Source of the DNA: an uncultured Alphaproteobacteria bacterium
GTDB taxonomy: Bacteria > Pseudomonadota > Alphaproteobacteria > Bin95
Direction: 5' to 3'
NCBI GenBank assembly: GCA_963807085.1
Contig: CAWEBB010000026.1
Span: forward strand, 314-64,313
Length of the DNA: 64,000 nucleotides
Each line of letters begins with the position of its first letter. Positions within the stretch are counted from its first letter, which is position 1. Of this stretch, positions 1 through 10,888 are shown one piece after another. The position numbers and the translations under genes are program-made. Under the pieces are notes generated by a model, which made no database searches, had not been told where the DNA came from, and saw only the letters and a program-made list of their open reading frames with translations.

Positions 1-2185
1 CCGCCGCACCGCTGATCGTGGCCTCGCCCTTCAGGTGCAGCTCCTGCTTGGTGACATCGAACGCCAGATCGGCGTCGCTCAAGTCCCGCCCGCCCGCGAT
101 GCCCGGCAACGTGGCGTCTTCGGTCTGCCCGGACGCGCTGATCTTCAGGTCATCCAGCGTCAGTTCGGCCACCGGCGGAAACGTCACCTGCATCTTGCCG
201 CTCACCCGGCCTTTCAGTTGGGCCTGCTCCAGATGCAGGAACCGGGCGAAATGCAATGGCGGCCGGTCGAGGATCCCCATCAGCTCTGCCGCCGGGCCCT
301 CGGCTTCGATCTCCACCTCCAGCAGTTCGTGGCCTTTGCCTTTGTCGATGCCCGTCACCCGGATCTTTCCGCCGGTCGCGGTCATGCCGGCCGTCTCGCC
401 GCGCAAGATCTCCGCTTCGAACACCCGTTCGGTGATCCTGGCGTCCGCGTCGATCCCCGTCGCCCCCGGCAAAGGCGCCCAGTAGGTCAAATTGATACCC
501 CGCATCGGGATGCGGAAATCCACTTCAACGTCCGACAGCACGAGCGGCGTTCCTATCGCGCCGATATCGGCGCGTATCCTGCCGTCCAGACTAGGCGCCT
601 TGCCGCTTTTGATGTTTTCCTGCACCCATTCCCGTGCGCGCGGACTGGCCGGGATCGGCCAAAAACGCTTTACCGTATTGAACTGGAAATCTTCGCCTGT
701 CACATGGAATTCCGCCCGTCCTCCATTGGGCTCCCGATGGGCCTTGCCCACAATGCGGGCGCTCGCCCCATCCTCGAAGGACAGATCGAGTCGTTCCAGA
801 GACCATTCGGCGCCGAAGTCATGCAGCCGGACATCGGCCTCCATCCCCGCCAAGGTCACGGGCGCATCGAAGAGGGACGGCAGCGTCAGGGCCGCATCCC
901 TGCCCGCGACTTGCAGCTCCCCCTGCCGGAGGCTGCCTTGTCCGTCGAACACGAGTCTGGTGTCTCCGGACAAGGCCACGCTCACACCATCCATCCGGGC
1001 AAAAGCGGGGGAAAGCGACGCCAGCCACGTAGGGTCGACGCCCTCGATTGCCGCCTCTACCAATATGTCGCTCTCCGGGGTTCTCGTTGCCGTGCCGTTC
1101 AGGCGCAGCCGCCGCCCGCTCGCAGCGCCGCCATAGTCCAGCACCAGTTGATCCAGCTTGACGCTGATATCCTCCAGCGACACCTCACCGATCATGGCAA
1201 CCTTCTCGAACAGCAGCGCGCCATTGTTAGGCACACTGATCTGGCCGTTTCCCAGACTCAGGACGAACGCTGCGGAACTCGGCCATTGCCCGGCGGGAAA
1301 CGAGGCGGTGACGGTGCCGCTGATGGCAGCTTCCAGACCGCGCTCCCCCACCAAGGGCGGCACGATCCCGGTCAGGATCGTCGGGTCGACCTCCTCCAAC
1401 GTCACCTCGGCGGAAATATCGGCGGCCTGTTCGCCAGAGGCCGTCGACGCCTGCGACGCCTGCACGATCCAGCCAACCTCTCCCAATGGGCGGTCGACTT
1501 CCTCGCCCCTCAGCATTTGCTGGCGCATCAGGCCGCGGCCCTCGAAGATCAGGCCGCCGCCGCTTCGGGCAAGCGAGGCTGAAACGTTCGGCGCCCGCCA
1601 GGCAAAGCCACGGCGTGGCTCGATGACGGCGATGTTCCCATAGACAAGGTTGATCCGGCGCAAATGTTTGAGTCGTGGATCAGTTTCCCATAGCGCCAGA
1701 AGCCGACTCGCGTCGATCTCGGGCGGAACCGGTTCCGCCTTCGATAAGGCGCGGTCCGGTCTCGTCGCATCGGCCTCCCGGACGCCGATGGACACATCCC
1801 CGCCTTCCTGAATGGTCGCGATCACTCCCAACCCTTCCAGAACAACCGCTTCCGGCGCAAACACACCCTCGGTCAAAAGCGCTTTGAAACTTACATTGAT
1901 CAGAACGGTCGGGATCGAGAGAATGGCGACGCCGTCCGCGTCCATCGCCCGCACGTCGCGGGCCCGCATCATCAAGCCATCACTACGCCGCACCAACGCC
2001 AATTGGCCGATTGCAACCGAAGTTTCGCCGTCATTCGACGCCAGAAGCCGCTCCACGATCGGCAGAAAACCGTCAAGCACGATAGGGTTTCTTTCCAGCC
2101 GCCAGGCAAGCAACAACGCTCCCACAACCACCAACGTGGCGAGACCCAACAAAACACCAGTACCCAGACGAACCGCTTTCCGCAT
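1..2185 (-). CDS. AsmA-family outer-membrane biogenesis protein, 3' end truncated by window edge
   Basis: Minus-strand ORF from ATG at 2185 running off the window start, which is why no long minus ORF appears in the track. Hand translation gives MRKAVRLGTGVLLGLATLVVVGALLLAW (N-terminal TM anchor) and, near the window edge, DVTKQELHLKGEATISGAA, which resembles AsmA-family C-terminal regions. The long plus ORF 35..1582 is its antisense shadow. Confidence 0.65.
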   Translation of the reverse strand, partial: MRKAVRLGTGVLLGLATLVVVGALLLAWRLERNPIVLDGFLPIVERLLASNDGETSVAIGQLALVRRSDGLMMRARDVRAMDADGVAILSIPTVLINVSFKALLTEGVFAPEAVVLEGLGVIATIQEGGDVSIGVREADATRPDRALSKAEPVPPEIDASRLLALWETDPRLKHLRRINLVYGNIAVIEPRRGFAWRAPNVSASLARSGGGLIFEGRGLMRQQMLRGEEVDRPLGEVGWIVQASQASTASGEQAADISAEVTLEEVDPTILTGIVPPLVGERGLEAAISGTVTASFPAGQWPSSAAFVLSLGNGQISVPNNGALLFEKVAMIGEVSLEDISVKLDQLVLDYGGAASGRRLRLNGTATRTPESDILVEAAIEGVDPTWLASLSPAFARMDGVSVALSGDTRLVFDGQGSLRQGELQVAGRDAALTLPSLFDAPVTLAGMEADVRLHDFGAEWSLERLDLSFEDGASARIVGKAHREPNGGRAEFHVTGEDFQFNTVKRFWPIPASPRAREWVQENIKSGKAPSLDGRIRADIGAIGTPLVLSDVEVDFRIPMRGINLTYWAPLPGATGIDADARITERVFEAEILRGETAGMTATGGKIRVTGIDKGKGHELLEVEIEAEGPAAELMGILDRPPLHFARFLHLEQAQLKGRVSGKMQVTFPPVAELTLDDLKISASGQTEDATLPGIAGGRDLSDADLAFDVTKQELHLKGEATISGAA

Positions 2186-2215
2186 CTGCTCCCTTTACGT
2201 CTGCCGGTTATATAG

Positions 2216-5200
2216 GTGGGACGCGCGCTTGACCTATGCTCATTCTCTGCTCAATTTCGTATATGTGGTAGGCTGCATTTTTGCTTGGCAGAACCACGTC
2301 CGGAGCCAGAAAAGACTGCCGATCCCGTGTTTCTCGACACCATTTCCGAACTTCCACTCCCCGCAGACCAGGCCCAGGCCGATACGGCTATCGAGCGCTG
2401 GCAGGTCCAGGTCGCCGCGGCCGACGAATCGGAACCGGGCGCCGCGGATGCTCCGGACGCCGTCGCCCGGCTGGACGTGGTGCTTGCGACGGCAAACGGC
2501 AAGGCGCTCGCCGACGGTCTGTTCGGGTGCAGTTCCTTTCTGGCCGGCATCGCCGCGCAGCAACCCCTGTTCTGTCTCGAGCTGTTCGAACAGGGGCCGG
2601 ACCGGGTCTGGCCGAAAATCTTGGCCTTGTTCGCTGAGACCAGCGCCAACGAGGCGGATGCCAAAAGGCGGCTGCGCAGGGCCCGGAAGCAAGCCGCGCT
2701 CGCCGTCGCCGTCGGCGATGTGAGCGGCCTCTGGACCGTTGAGCAGGTCACCAATGCCCTTTCCGAGATCGCCGACACCTCGATCCGCTATGCGCTAGAC
2801 TTCGGCCTGCGCGAACTTCAGGCTCGCGGCCGGCTCGATCTGCCGAACCCGGAGCAACCCGCCGCGGGCTCGGGGTTCATCATTCTGGGCATGGGGAAGC
2901 TGGGCGCGCGGGAACTGAACTATTCCAGCGATATCGACCTGATCGCGCTTTACGATCCGGCGATCGTGCCCACCACCCGCCCCGACCGCCTGGCGCAGGA
3001 CATGGTGCGCCTGACCCAACGGTGGGTCGACCTGTTGAACGAGCGCACGGCCGACGGCTTTGCCTTTCGCACCGATCTGCGCCTGCGCCCGGACCCGGCC
3101 TCGACCCCTCCTGCCATAAGCATACCCGCCGCAGAATTCTACTACGAAAGCGCCGGCCAGAACTGGGAGCGGGCCGCCATGATCAAGGCCCGTGTCGTGG
3201 CAGGTGATGAACAAGCGGGGCAGGCATTTCTGGACTTTCTGCGCCCCTTCGTCTGGCGGCGCAGCCTGGATTTCTGGGCGATCAAGGATATTCACTCGAT
3301 CAAACGCCAGATCAATGCGTATCGCGGCGGCAGGAAGATCGCCATTGCCGGCCATGACATAAAGGTCGGCCGCGGCGGCATCCGCGAGATCGAATTCTAT
3401 GCCCAGACCCAGCAATTGATCTGGGGCGGCCGCAACCCGGCGCTTAGGGTTTGTCCTACATGCCAGGCTTTGGATGCGCTGGTCTCTGCCGGCCAGGTCG
3501 GGCGCGACACGGCGGACGAACTGAAGGCGTGCTACGCCTATCTGCGCCGGCTGGAACACCGCCTGCAAATGGTTGGCGACCAGCAAACTCAGCGATTACC
3601 GCCCGCAGATGGCCTGGACAGCATCGCCCGTTTCATGGGCGAGGCCGATACCGCGGCTTTCTCCCGCAAGGTTCGCCAGACCCTGGAAACGGTAGAGCGC
3701 CATTACGCAGCGCTGTTCGAGGATGAGCTCGAGCTGGCGGTTGAGGGGCTGGGAAACCTGGTGTTTACCGGCGGAGACCCCGACCCCGGCACGCTGGAGA
3801 CGCTCGCCGGTCTGGGGTTCAAAACGCCGGAGCGGGTCGATACCGCGGTCCGCCGCTGGCATCACGGCAGCCTGGCCGCTACCCGCTCCACACGCGCCCG
3901 GCAGATCCTGACCGAACTGATGCCGAGCCTGATCCAGGCACTCGGGGACACGGCCGATCCTGACGAAGCATTCGGCAATTTCGATCATTTCCTGCAGGGG
4001 CTGCCGGCCGGCGTCCAATTGTTCAGCCTGCTGCACAGCCACCCCGACCTCCTGAAACTCGTCGCCAAAATCTGCGGCTCTACGCCCTGGCTGGGCAAGC
4101 ATATGCGCCGCCGCCCAAGCGTGCTGGACGCTGTACTGGAGCCCGAATTTTTCGGCCCGCTGCCCAATGCCTCGGACATTCGGGATGAGCTGTTCAACTG
4201 GCTCGATCAGGCGCAAGACATGCAGGACACGCTTGATCTGGCGCGCCGGTACGCCAGCGATCTGACCTTCCGTGTGGGCGTGCATCTGCTGCGTGGCGAC
4301 ACCAAGGGCGCGGACGCCGGGCCCGTGCTTTCTGCGCTGGCGGACCAGGTGGTCGCTGCGATGTTGCCGGTAACCCAAGATGCGTTCGCAGAACGGCACG
4401 GGCGGTTGCCGGGCGAAGGATTGGCGGTCATCGGCTATGGCAAATGGGGCAGCGGCCAGCTAACCCCCGGTTCCGACCTGGACATGGTCGTGCTTTATGA
4501 CAGCGTCTCTGTCACCACCCAGAGCGATGGCGAGAAACCACTGGCAGCCTCCACGTATGCCGCCCGCCTGACGCAGCGCCTGATGACGGCCCTCACCAGC
4601 GAAACCGAAAGCGGCCGCCTGTACGAGGTGGATCTGCGCCTGCGCCCCAATGGCGACAAAGGACCGTTGGCAAGCCAGATGGACGGCTTCGCCAACTATC
4701 TGTTGAACGATGCCTGGACCTGGGAGCGGCTGGCGCTGGTCCGCGCCCGCTTTATCTGCGGATCGCCCGCCTTGGCCGAACGCTTCGACCAGATCCGGGC
4801 AGAGAGCCTGACGCGCCCGCGGGCGGTCGCCGATCTGGCCGAGGAAGTCAATTCCATGCGCCAGCGCATGGCGGCAACGCACAAGGGCGAAAGTCCCTGG
4901 GACGTAAAGCACCGGCGGGGCGGGTTGGTCGATACCGGCTTTCTAAGCCAGTTCCTGGTGCTGGCACACGCGGATGACGAGCCGGCCCTGCTGGGGCCCC
5001 GGACCACGGATGCCGTGGCGGCGGCCGCCGCGGATGCCGGCCTTCTCACCCACGCCGAGGCCGAAGATCTGGCCAACGCCGAAATGTTCTGGCTGGGCTT
5101 GCAAACCCTGCTGCGCCTGACGGGCGCTGACGCCACGCCGGACCGGTTGGAACGTCCGTCGGTGCAGGCCGTGATCTCCAATGGCCTCGATCTTCCCGAC

Positions 5201-5278
5201 CTCTCTCAGGTCGAGGCGGCGGCGGCCGATCATGCGGCGCAGGTTATGAAGCTCTACGGCAAGCTCATCGCGGCATAG
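2216..5278 (+). CDS. glnE: Bifunctional glutamine synthetase adenylyltransferase / adenylyl-removing enzyme GlnE
   Basis: 1020-aa ORF with two nucleotidyltransferase modules (GMGKLGARELNYSSDIDLIALYD ... GYGKWGSGQLTPGSDLDMVVLYD), typical of GlnE. True start may be downstream of 2216 (possible GTG near 2328). Confidence 0.9.
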   Translation: MGRALDLCSFSAQFRICGRLHFCLAEPRPEPEKTADPVFLDTISELPLPADQAQADTAIERWQVQVAAADESEPGAADAPDAVARLDVVLATANGKALADGLFGCSSFLAGIAAQQPLFCLELFEQGPDRVWPKILALFAETSANEADAKRRLRRARKQAALAVAVGDVSGLWTVEQVTNALSEIADTSIRYALDFGLRELQARGRLDLPNPEQPAAGSGFIILGMGKLGARELNYSSDIDLIALYDPAIVPTTRPDRLAQDMVRLTQRWVDLLNERTADGFAFRTDLRLRPDPASTPPAISIPAAEFYYESAGQNWERAAMIKARVVAGDEQAGQAFLDFLRPFVWRRSLDFWAIKDIHSIKRQINAYRGGRKIAIAGHDIKVGRGGIREIEFYAQTQQLIWGGRNPALRVCPTCQALDALVSAGQVGRDTADELKACYAYLRRLEHRLQMVGDQQTQRLPPADGLDSIARFMGEADTAAFSRKVRQTLETVERHYAALFEDELELAVEGLGNLVFTGGDPDPGTLETLAGLGFKTPERVDTAVRRWHHGSLAATRSTRARQILTELMPSLIQALGDTADPDEAFGNFDHFLQGLPAGVQLFSLLHSHPDLLKLVAKICGSTPWLGKHMRRRPSVLDAVLEPEFFGPLPNASDIRDELFNWLDQAQDMQDTLDLARRYASDLTFRVGVHLLRGDTKGADAGPVLSALADQVVAAMLPVTQDAFAERHGRLPGEGLAVIGYGKWGSGQLTPGSDLDMVVLYDSVSVTTQSDGEKPLAASTYAARLTQRLMTALTSETESGRLYEVDLRLRPNGDKGPLASQMDGFANYLLNDAWTWERLALVRARFICGSPALAERFDQIRAESLTRPRAVADLAEEVNSMRQRMAATHKGESPWDVKHRRGGLVDTGFLSQFLVLAHADDEPALLGPRTTDAVAAAAADAGLLTHAEAEDLANAEMFWLGLQTLLRLTGADATPDRLERPSVQAVISNGLDLPDLSQVEAAAADHAAQVMKLYGKLIAA

Positions 5279-5290
5279 AGGTCAAGCAGA

Positions 5291-6508
5291 GTGTCGCCGG
5301 TCCGGCTTGTCATCCTGGTTTGCACGGCACAGGTATTGGCTCAAATCGGCTCCAACACCTGGCCCGCCCTCCTTCCTGGTTTGGTCGCTCAATGGCAGCT
5401 TTCCAACAGCGAGGCGGGCTGGATCACTGGGCTCATGTATTTGGCCTATACCATTTCGGTGCCGATTTTGGTCACATCGACCGACCGGATCGACCCGAAA
5501 CGGATCTATTTGTTGGGCGTCGGGCTCAGTTTTTTCGGCCATCTGGGCTTTGCGCTGTTCGCCGACGGCTTCTGGACCGCTGCCCTGTTCCGCTCCATTG
5601 CCGGTATCGGCTGGGCTGGTACCTACATGACCGGGCTCAAGCTGTTGGCCGATCGGGTGGACGGCCGCCTGCTTTCCCGCGCCACCGCCGGCCACGCCGC
5701 GAGCATTGGCATCGCCGGCGCCATCTCTTTTGTTTTTGCCGACGTGATCGCAGACCGGGGCGGCTGGCAGGCGGCGTTCATGGCCTCCGCCGCCTGCGCC
5801 GGGTTCGCCTGGATCATCGCCCTCTTCGGTACGCCCTGGCAGGAGCCTAAGCCGCGCTCCGCGGCGCGGTTGTTCGACTTTGGTCCGGTCTTCCGCAACC
5901 GGTCGGCCATGGCGTACGGCATCGCCTATTGCGTGCATACGTGGGAGATGAACGTACTGCGCGGCTGGGCCGTCGCCTTCCTTGCCTGGGTTGCGCTCAC
6001 CACCGAAACCGACACCGCCTGGCTTGCGCCGACGGTTGTCGCCATGACGATGGCGCTGGTTGGCACCGGCACCAGCATTATCGGCAATGAAATGTCCATC
6101 CGGCTTGGCCGCCAGCGCGTGGTACGCCTTGCCATGACCCTCAGCGTTGCCTGCGCGGCCACCATCGGCTTTCTGGGCCCCACCAGCTATGCGCTCGCGG
6201 TCGCTTTCGTGCTCGGCTACGGCATGGTCATCTGGCTCGATTCTTCCTCGCTGACGGCAGGTGCGGCAGGTGCAGCCGCCGCCGGCAAGCGCGGCGCGAC
6301 GCTGGCCATTCACTCCATGCTCGGCTACGGCGGCGGCTTCGCCGGCCCGCTCACCATGGGATTCATTCTTGATTGGTCAGGCGGTATGTCGGTCATGGGG
6401 TGGGGCTATGCGTTCGCCGGAACCGCGGTGGTGCTGCTCGCCGGGCGAACCGCCTTTGTCATCCTGCGTCCCCGGGATCTTGCCGGCGACCGGGCCGCGA
6501 ACGGCTAG
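5291..6508 (+). CDS. MFS-type transporter
   Basis: 405-aa polytopic membrane protein with ~12 predicted TM helices and an MFS-like layout. Confidence 0.75.
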   Translation: MSPVRLVILVCTAQVLAQIGSNTWPALLPGLVAQWQLSNSEAGWITGLMYLAYTISVPILVTSTDRIDPKRIYLLGVGLSFFGHLGFALFADGFWTAALFRSIAGIGWAGTYMTGLKLLADRVDGRLLSRATAGHAASIGIAGAISFVFADVIADRGGWQAAFMASAACAGFAWIIALFGTPWQEPKPRSAARLFDFGPVFRNRSAMAYGIAYCVHTWEMNVLRGWAVAFLAWVALTTETDTAWLAPTVVAMTMALVGTGTSIIGNEMSIRLGRQRVVRLAMTLSVACAATIGFLGPTSYALAVAFVLGYGMVIWLDSSSLTAGAAGAAAAGKRGATLAIHSMLGYGGGFAGPLTMGFILDWSGGMSVMGWGYAFAGTAVVLLAGRTAFVILRPRDLAGDRAANG

Positions 6509-6560
6509 AGCCGGTCCCGATACCAATGAACCGGGATCCGCTCTCGAACCATAAGGTGCT

Positions 6561-7232
6561 TTAGGCGGGCAAGCGCCGGTACCATAGGCCGACGAATATG
6601 CCAACGGCGAAGCCGCCGATATGTGCCCACCAGGCGACTCCGCTTTCATCGCCGCCCTGCTGGCTCATGAATACCTGGATGCCGATCCACACCAGGATAA
6701 TGACCCACGCCCGAAGCCGGATCGGCAGGAATATGGGCGTGAGCATGGTAATGCGATTCCGCGGAAACAGCGCCAGATAAGCACCCATGACACCGGCAAT
6801 CGCCCCGCTCGCACCGACGAGCACGGTCGTGGATTCCGGGAACATTGCCCCCTGCAGCAGCCCCGCGATGACGCCGCTGCCCAAATACAGAACCGCATAG
6901 CGGCTATGGTTGAGCCTGTCCTCGACCAAGGCACCGAACACATAAAGCGCAACCATGTTGGCGATCAGATGCGCGGCGCCGCCATGCAGGAACTGATACG
7001 TCACCAGCGTCAACGCGCTCGGCACCACGTCAATCGCGGGCGGGCGGGCGAGCCCCTGAAACAGCACGCCCGGAATGAAGCCGAAGGCGTAAGTCGCCTG
7101 CCACTCCGCGGGCGCCGACAATCCGCTGAGCCAGATCTGCACGATGGTGCAAAAAACGATCACGCCCCAGGTCAGATAGGGCGCCCCGATCCGGCGGAGT
7201 TGGTGGTCGCTATGGACCGGCAGGAACGGCAC
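6561..7232 (-). CDS. Rhomboid-family intramembrane serine protease
   Basis: 223 aa, multi-TM, with GASGAIAGVMGAYLALFP (GxSG catalytic serine) and an HLIANMVALYVFG-like histidine helix. Confidence 0.85.
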   Translation of the reverse strand: MPFLPVHSDHQLRRIGAPYLTWGVIVFCTIVQIWLSGLSAPAEWQATYAFGFIPGVLFQGLARPPAIDVVPSALTLVTYQFLHGGAAHLIANMVALYVFGALVEDRLNHSRYAVLYLGSGVIAGLLQGAMFPESTTVLVGASGAIAGVMGAYLALFPRNRITMLTPIFLPIRLRAWVIILVWIGIQVFMSQQGGDESGVAWWAHIGGFAVGIFVGLWYRRLPA

Positions 7233-7247
7233 TGTCCGCCCGCTCCC

Positions 7248-8051
7248 CTATGCGCTGAGCAACGGCCGCGGCGGCGCGTCAGCCAGATCGCACCAGACGG
7301 GCGTGTGGTCGCTGGCCTTGGGCTTGTCCCGGGGCTCCTTGTCGATGCCGGCACCGGTCAGCCGGTCGGCCGCCGCAGGCGACAGCAGCAGATGGTCGAT
7401 GCGGATGCCCTCGCCCCGATGCCAGCGGCCTTTCTGATAGTCCCAAAAGCTGTACGCCCCAAGCTGATGGGGGTGCATGGCGCGGAAGGCGTCCGTCAGC
7501 CCGAGATGGACCATCCGGCGGAACGCCCGGCGCGTGGGCAGCATGTAGAGTGCATCATCCTTCCACGCCGCCACGTCCCAACAATCCCCCGGCGCCGGGA
7601 TAACGTTATAGTCGCCGGCCAGCACGACCGGGCCGCCGCCGCGAAGCAACTCGCGCGCCCTCGTCTCCAGACGCTCCATCCAGGCAAGCTTGTAGTCATA
7701 CTTGGCCGGATCGTCCGGCGGGTTGCCGTTGGGCAGGTAGAGGCATCCGATCCGAACGCCCTCTACCGACGCCTCTACATACCGGGCCTGCTCGTCGGCA
7801 TCATCCCCGGGCAGACCCTCGCTCACGTCCTCGAGGCCTAGCCGCGAGAGCAGGGCAACGCCGTTATAGGCCTTCTGTCCGACGACCGCCGATGCGAAGC
7901 CGAATTTCTCGAATGCCGCTGCCGGGAACTGGTCCGCCTCGCACTTGATCTCCTGCAGGCAGACAACGTCGGCGTTATCGGCGGCCAGCCACTCGCAGAC
8001 GGCCTCCAGGCGCACTTTGATCGAATTGACGTTCCAGGTCGCGATACGCAT
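7248..8051 (-). CDS. xthA: Exodeoxyribonuclease III
   Basis: 267 aa starting MRIATWNVNSIKVRLEAVCEWL...VVCLQEIK, the characteristic ExoIII/APE family N-terminus. Confidence 0.9.
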   Translation of the reverse strand: MRIATWNVNSIKVRLEAVCEWLAADNADVVCLQEIKCEADQFPAAAFEKFGFASAVVGQKAYNGVALLSRLGLEDVSEGLPGDDADEQARYVEASVEGVRIGCLYLPNGNPPDDPAKYDYKLAWMERLETRARELLRGGGPVVLAGDYNVIPAPGDCWDVAAWKDDALYMLPTRRAFRRMVHLGLTDAFRAMHPHQLGAYSFWDYQKGRWHRGEGIRIDHLLLSPAAADRLTGAGIDKEPRDKPKASDHTPVWCDLADAPPRPLLSA

Positions 8052-8130
8052 GGGCGCGAACTACAGCCTCCCGGGGCGGATGTCCATCATGGCGGAATAT
8101 CCGGCAATGGTGCCGGCGCCATGGCGGCAA

Positions 8131-8169
8131 GAGCAGATCCCGATCCATTCGGGTCGGATGGATCTGCTC
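8131..8169. repeat. Imperfect 14-bp-stem hairpin upstream of xthA; shares a 17-nt core with the element after atpC
   Basis: gagcagatcc-cg-atcc attcgggtc ggat-ggatctgctc. The core agagcagatcccgatcc is identical at 45214-45230. Confidence 0.6.
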
Positions 8170-8247
8170 CAAATCGAAAAACTAGAGCATCTTACCCCGA
8201 CAAATTGAGCGCGATAGCGATCCAATTTAATCGGGCGATGCTCTAAC

Positions 8248-8291
8248 ATGGAGAAGCCTTCACCGGGGCTCCCCGGTGAAGGCTTCTCCAT
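8248..8291. terminator. Perfect 21-bp inverted-repeat hairpin downstream of rplQ, probably the alpha-operon terminator
   Basis: atggagaagccttcaccgggg ct ccccggtgaaggcttctccat sits 80-125 nt past the rplQ stop in the rplQ/xthA intergenic region. No clear U-tract, so an intrinsic-terminator call is tentative. Confidence 0.5.
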
Positions 8292-8372
8292 CATACGAAT
8301 CGTTTGCCAATGTTCGGCAATATTTATCCGGCTCAAGCCTACTCGTCGAAGCCTGGGCGGCGCTCGCCCGGC

Positions 8373-8807
8373 TTACGCCACGGCTTCGGCGAACTCTTCC
8401 TCGTCCGCCTGTTCGGCCGTCGGACCCGAGTCGGTTCCCTTTGCATCCGGATCGCGGTCTACCAGTTCGATCACCGCCATCGGCGCGGAATCCCCGTAGC
8501 GGAAGCCGGCCTTCATGATGCGGATATAGCCGCCGGGACGGTCTTCGTAACGCGGTCCGATGACTTCAAACAGCTTTCCCGCGACCTTCTCGTCCCGCAG
8601 GGTCGCAATCACCTGCCGGCGCGCATGCAAATCCCCGCGTTTGCCTAGGGTGATCAGCTTTTCCGTGTAGGGCCGCAGATCTTTCGCCTTCGGCAGGGTC
8701 GTAACGATCTGCTCGTGCTTCAGCAGCGCCGCCGCCAGGTTGGCCAGCATCGCTCGGCGGTGTGCGCGGGTCCGGCCAAATTTGCGGCCGCTCATGCCAT
8801 GGCGCAT
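8373..8807 (-). CDS. rplQ: 50S ribosomal protein L17
   Basis: [25 protein letters not shown]... is the L17 signature; gene follows rpoA. Confidence 0.95.
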   Translation of the reverse strand: MRHGMSGRKFGRTRAHRRAMLANLAAALLKHEQIVTTLPKAKDLRPYTEKLITLGKRGDLHARRQVIATLRDEKVAGKLFEVIGPRYEDRPGGYIRIMKAGFRYGDSAPMAVIELVDRDPDAKGTDSGPTAEQADEEEFAEAVA

Positions 8808-8847
8808 GGGTACAATCCTTTTGCGTCTCTAACGCGGTTGGGGCGGG

Positions 8848-9870
8848 TCAGTAAGGCTCTTCCAAGCGCTTTGCCAGTTCTTCGATATTGTCCGGCGGCC
8901 AGTTCGGAATTTCCATACCCAGATGCAGGCCCATCTGTTCCAGCACCTGCTTGATTTCGGTCAGCGACTTCCGGCCGAAGTTCGGGGTGCGCAGCATCTC
9001 GCCCTCGGTCTTTTGCACCAGATCGCCGATATAGACGATATTGTCGTTCTTCAGGCAATTGGCCGACCGGACCGAGAGTTCGAGCTCGTCGACCTTGCGC
9101 AGCAGATTCTTGTTGAATGGCAGTTCGGTCTGCGGCTCGTGCTCCACGACCGGGCGCGGCTCGTCGAAGTTGATGAACAGCTGCAACTGATCCTGCAGGA
9201 TGCGGGCGGCCACCGCCACCGCATCATCCGGCGTGACCGACCCGTTGGTCTCTACCGTCAGTGACAGCTTGTCATAGTCCGTCACCTGGCCGACGCGGGT
9301 GTTCTCTACCTTGTAGGCCACTTGGCGCACCGGCGAGTAGACCGCGTCCACCGGGATCTCACCGATGGTGGCCTCCTCGCCGCGGTTGGCGGCCGCCGGC
9401 ACATAGCCTTTGCCGTTCTCGACCATCATTTCCATATGGACATGCGCGCCCTGGTCGAGCGTGCAGATGACCAGGTCCGGGTCCATCACCTCAATGTCGG
9501 GGCCGGTCTCGATCATGCCGGCGGTCGCGACCCCGGGGCCGGTAGCATCCAGCGTGACCCGTTTCGGTCCTTCGGCGTGCAAGCGCAGGCCCATGGCCTT
9601 GATGTTGAGCACAATGTCCGTCACGTCTTCCCGGACGCCGGGGATCGACGAGAACTCGTGCAGAACGCCATCGATCCGCACCGTGGTGACGGCCGCGCCC
9701 TGCAGCGAGGAAAGCAGAATGCGCCGCAACGCATTGCCGAGCGTAATGCCGAAACCCCGCTCCAGCGGTTCGGCGACCACGGTCGCGGTACGGCTCCTGT
9801 CCGGGCCCGGCTCGACCTCAAGCTTCGACGGCTTGATCAGATCGGTCCAGTTGTGTTGCATCATCGACAT
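8848..9870 (-). CDS. rpoA: DNA-directed RNA polymerase subunit alpha
   Basis: 340 aa with conserved alpha NTD and CTD; sits between rpsK and rplQ. Confidence 0.95.
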   Translation of the reverse strand: MSMMQHNWTDLIKPSKLEVEPGPDRSRTATVVAEPLERGFGITLGNALRRILLSSLQGAAVTTVRIDGVLHEFSSIPGVREDVTDIVLNIKAMGLRLHAEGPKRVTLDATGPGVATAGMIETGPDIEVMDPDLVICTLDQGAHVHMEMMVENGKGYVPAAANRGEEATIGEIPVDAVYSPVRQVAYKVENTRVGQVTDYDKLSLTVETNGSVTPDDAVAVAARILQDQLQLFINFDEPRPVVEHEPQTELPFNKNLLRKVDELELSVRSANCLKNDNIVYIGDLVQKTEGEMLRTPNFGRKSLTEIKQVLEQMGLHLGMEIPNWPPDNIEELAKRLEEPY

Positions 9871-9953
9871 ATAATGACCTATTCCTTGCTGCGGCTTGCC
9901 GCGTGGATCTCTGCCCGCGCGGCCAGCGAGTCCAACATGGCGACAGGTGCGTA

Positions 9954-10346
9954 TTAGACGCGGCGGCGTTTGCGGGGACGGCAGCCATTATGCGGGATCG
10001 GCGTCACGTCGCGGATCGCGGTGATGACGAATCCGGCGGCTTGCAAGGCACGCAATGCCAACTCGCGGCCCGAGCCAGGGCCACGCACGTTCACCTCCAA
10101 CGTTTTCATGCCGTGTTCTTGCGCCTTGCGCGCGGCGTCTTCGGCGGCCACCTGGGCCGCGAAGGGCGTCGATTTGCGCGAGCCCTTGAAACCCTGCCCA
10201 CCGGACGAGGACCAGGAGATTGTGTTGCCCTGCACGTCCGTTATGGTGATGAGGGTGTTGTTAAACGTAGAGTTTACGTGAGCAACACCCGATGAAATAT
10301 TTTTTCGCTCGCTGCGGCGAACGCGAGTCGTCGTCTGACGGGCCAT
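9954..10346 (-). CDS. rpsK: 30S ribosomal protein S11
   Basis: 130 aa; [46 protein letters not shown]. Confidence 0.95.
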   Translation of the reverse strand: MARQTTTRVRRSERKNISSGVAHVNSTFNNTLITITDVQGNTISWSSSGGQGFKGSRKSTPFAAQVAAEDAARKAQEHGMKTLEVNVRGPGSGRELALRALQAAGFVITAIRDVTPIPHNGCRPRKRRRV

Positions 10347-10364
10347 CTTTGATCGGATTCCGTT

Positions 10365-10733
10365 CTATTTCTTTTTTCCGGCAATTGCACGGGCCTTACC
10401 CTTGCGGGTGCGGGCGTTGGTATGGGTACGTTGTCCGCGGACCGGTAGGTTGCGGCGATGACGCAAACCGCGATAGCAGGCCATGTCCATCAGGCGTTTG
10501 ATCGCCATGGCCCGTTCGCGGCGCAAATCGCCTTCCACCATCACATCGGAATCGATGGTTTCGCGGATGCGCATAACTTCATCCTCGGTCAACTCGTTCA
10601 CCCGGCGATCGGGCGGCAAGTCCAGCTTGTCGCAGATCCGTTGCGATGTGTGACGGCCGATGCCGTGGATGTAGGTCAGCGCGATCAATACGCGCTTATT
10701 TGTTGGTATATTGACGCCGGCGATACGCGCCAC
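10365..10733 (-). CDS. rpsM: 30S ribosomal protein S13
   Basis: 122 aa; [26 protein letters not shown]. Confidence 0.95.
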   Translation of the reverse strand: MARIAGVNIPTNKRVLIALTYIHGIGRHTSQRICDKLDLPPDRRVNELTEDEVMRIRETIDSDVMVEGDLRRERAMAIKRLMDMACYRGLRHRRNLPVRGQRTHTNARTRKGKARAIAGKKK

Positions 10734-10888
10734 GAGATTTCCTCCTTGGGATCCAAAGACAACAGTGCGACCACCGAACCAAAATATCGGCGAAGTGGCG
10801 CACTATATGGGTCAGCGCGCCTCTGTCAACGCGCTGCGCGGTTTTTCACTGATTGAGACCATCCGCCGCAACAAGAAGTCGCAACGGC

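Noticed and set aside
35-1582. 515-aa plus-strand ORF (plus three shorter S/T/P-rich plus ORFs) over the first 2.2 kb
   Set aside because: Arg/Gln/His/Leu-rich low-complexity translation typical of antisense frames in high-GC DNA. The minus strand encodes a recognisable AsmA-family protein that runs off the window edge, so it has no in-window stop and does not show in the ORF track.
5282-6313. 343-aa minus ORF
   Set aside because: Antisense to the MFS transporter gene 5291..6508; Gly/Ala/Arg-rich junk translation.
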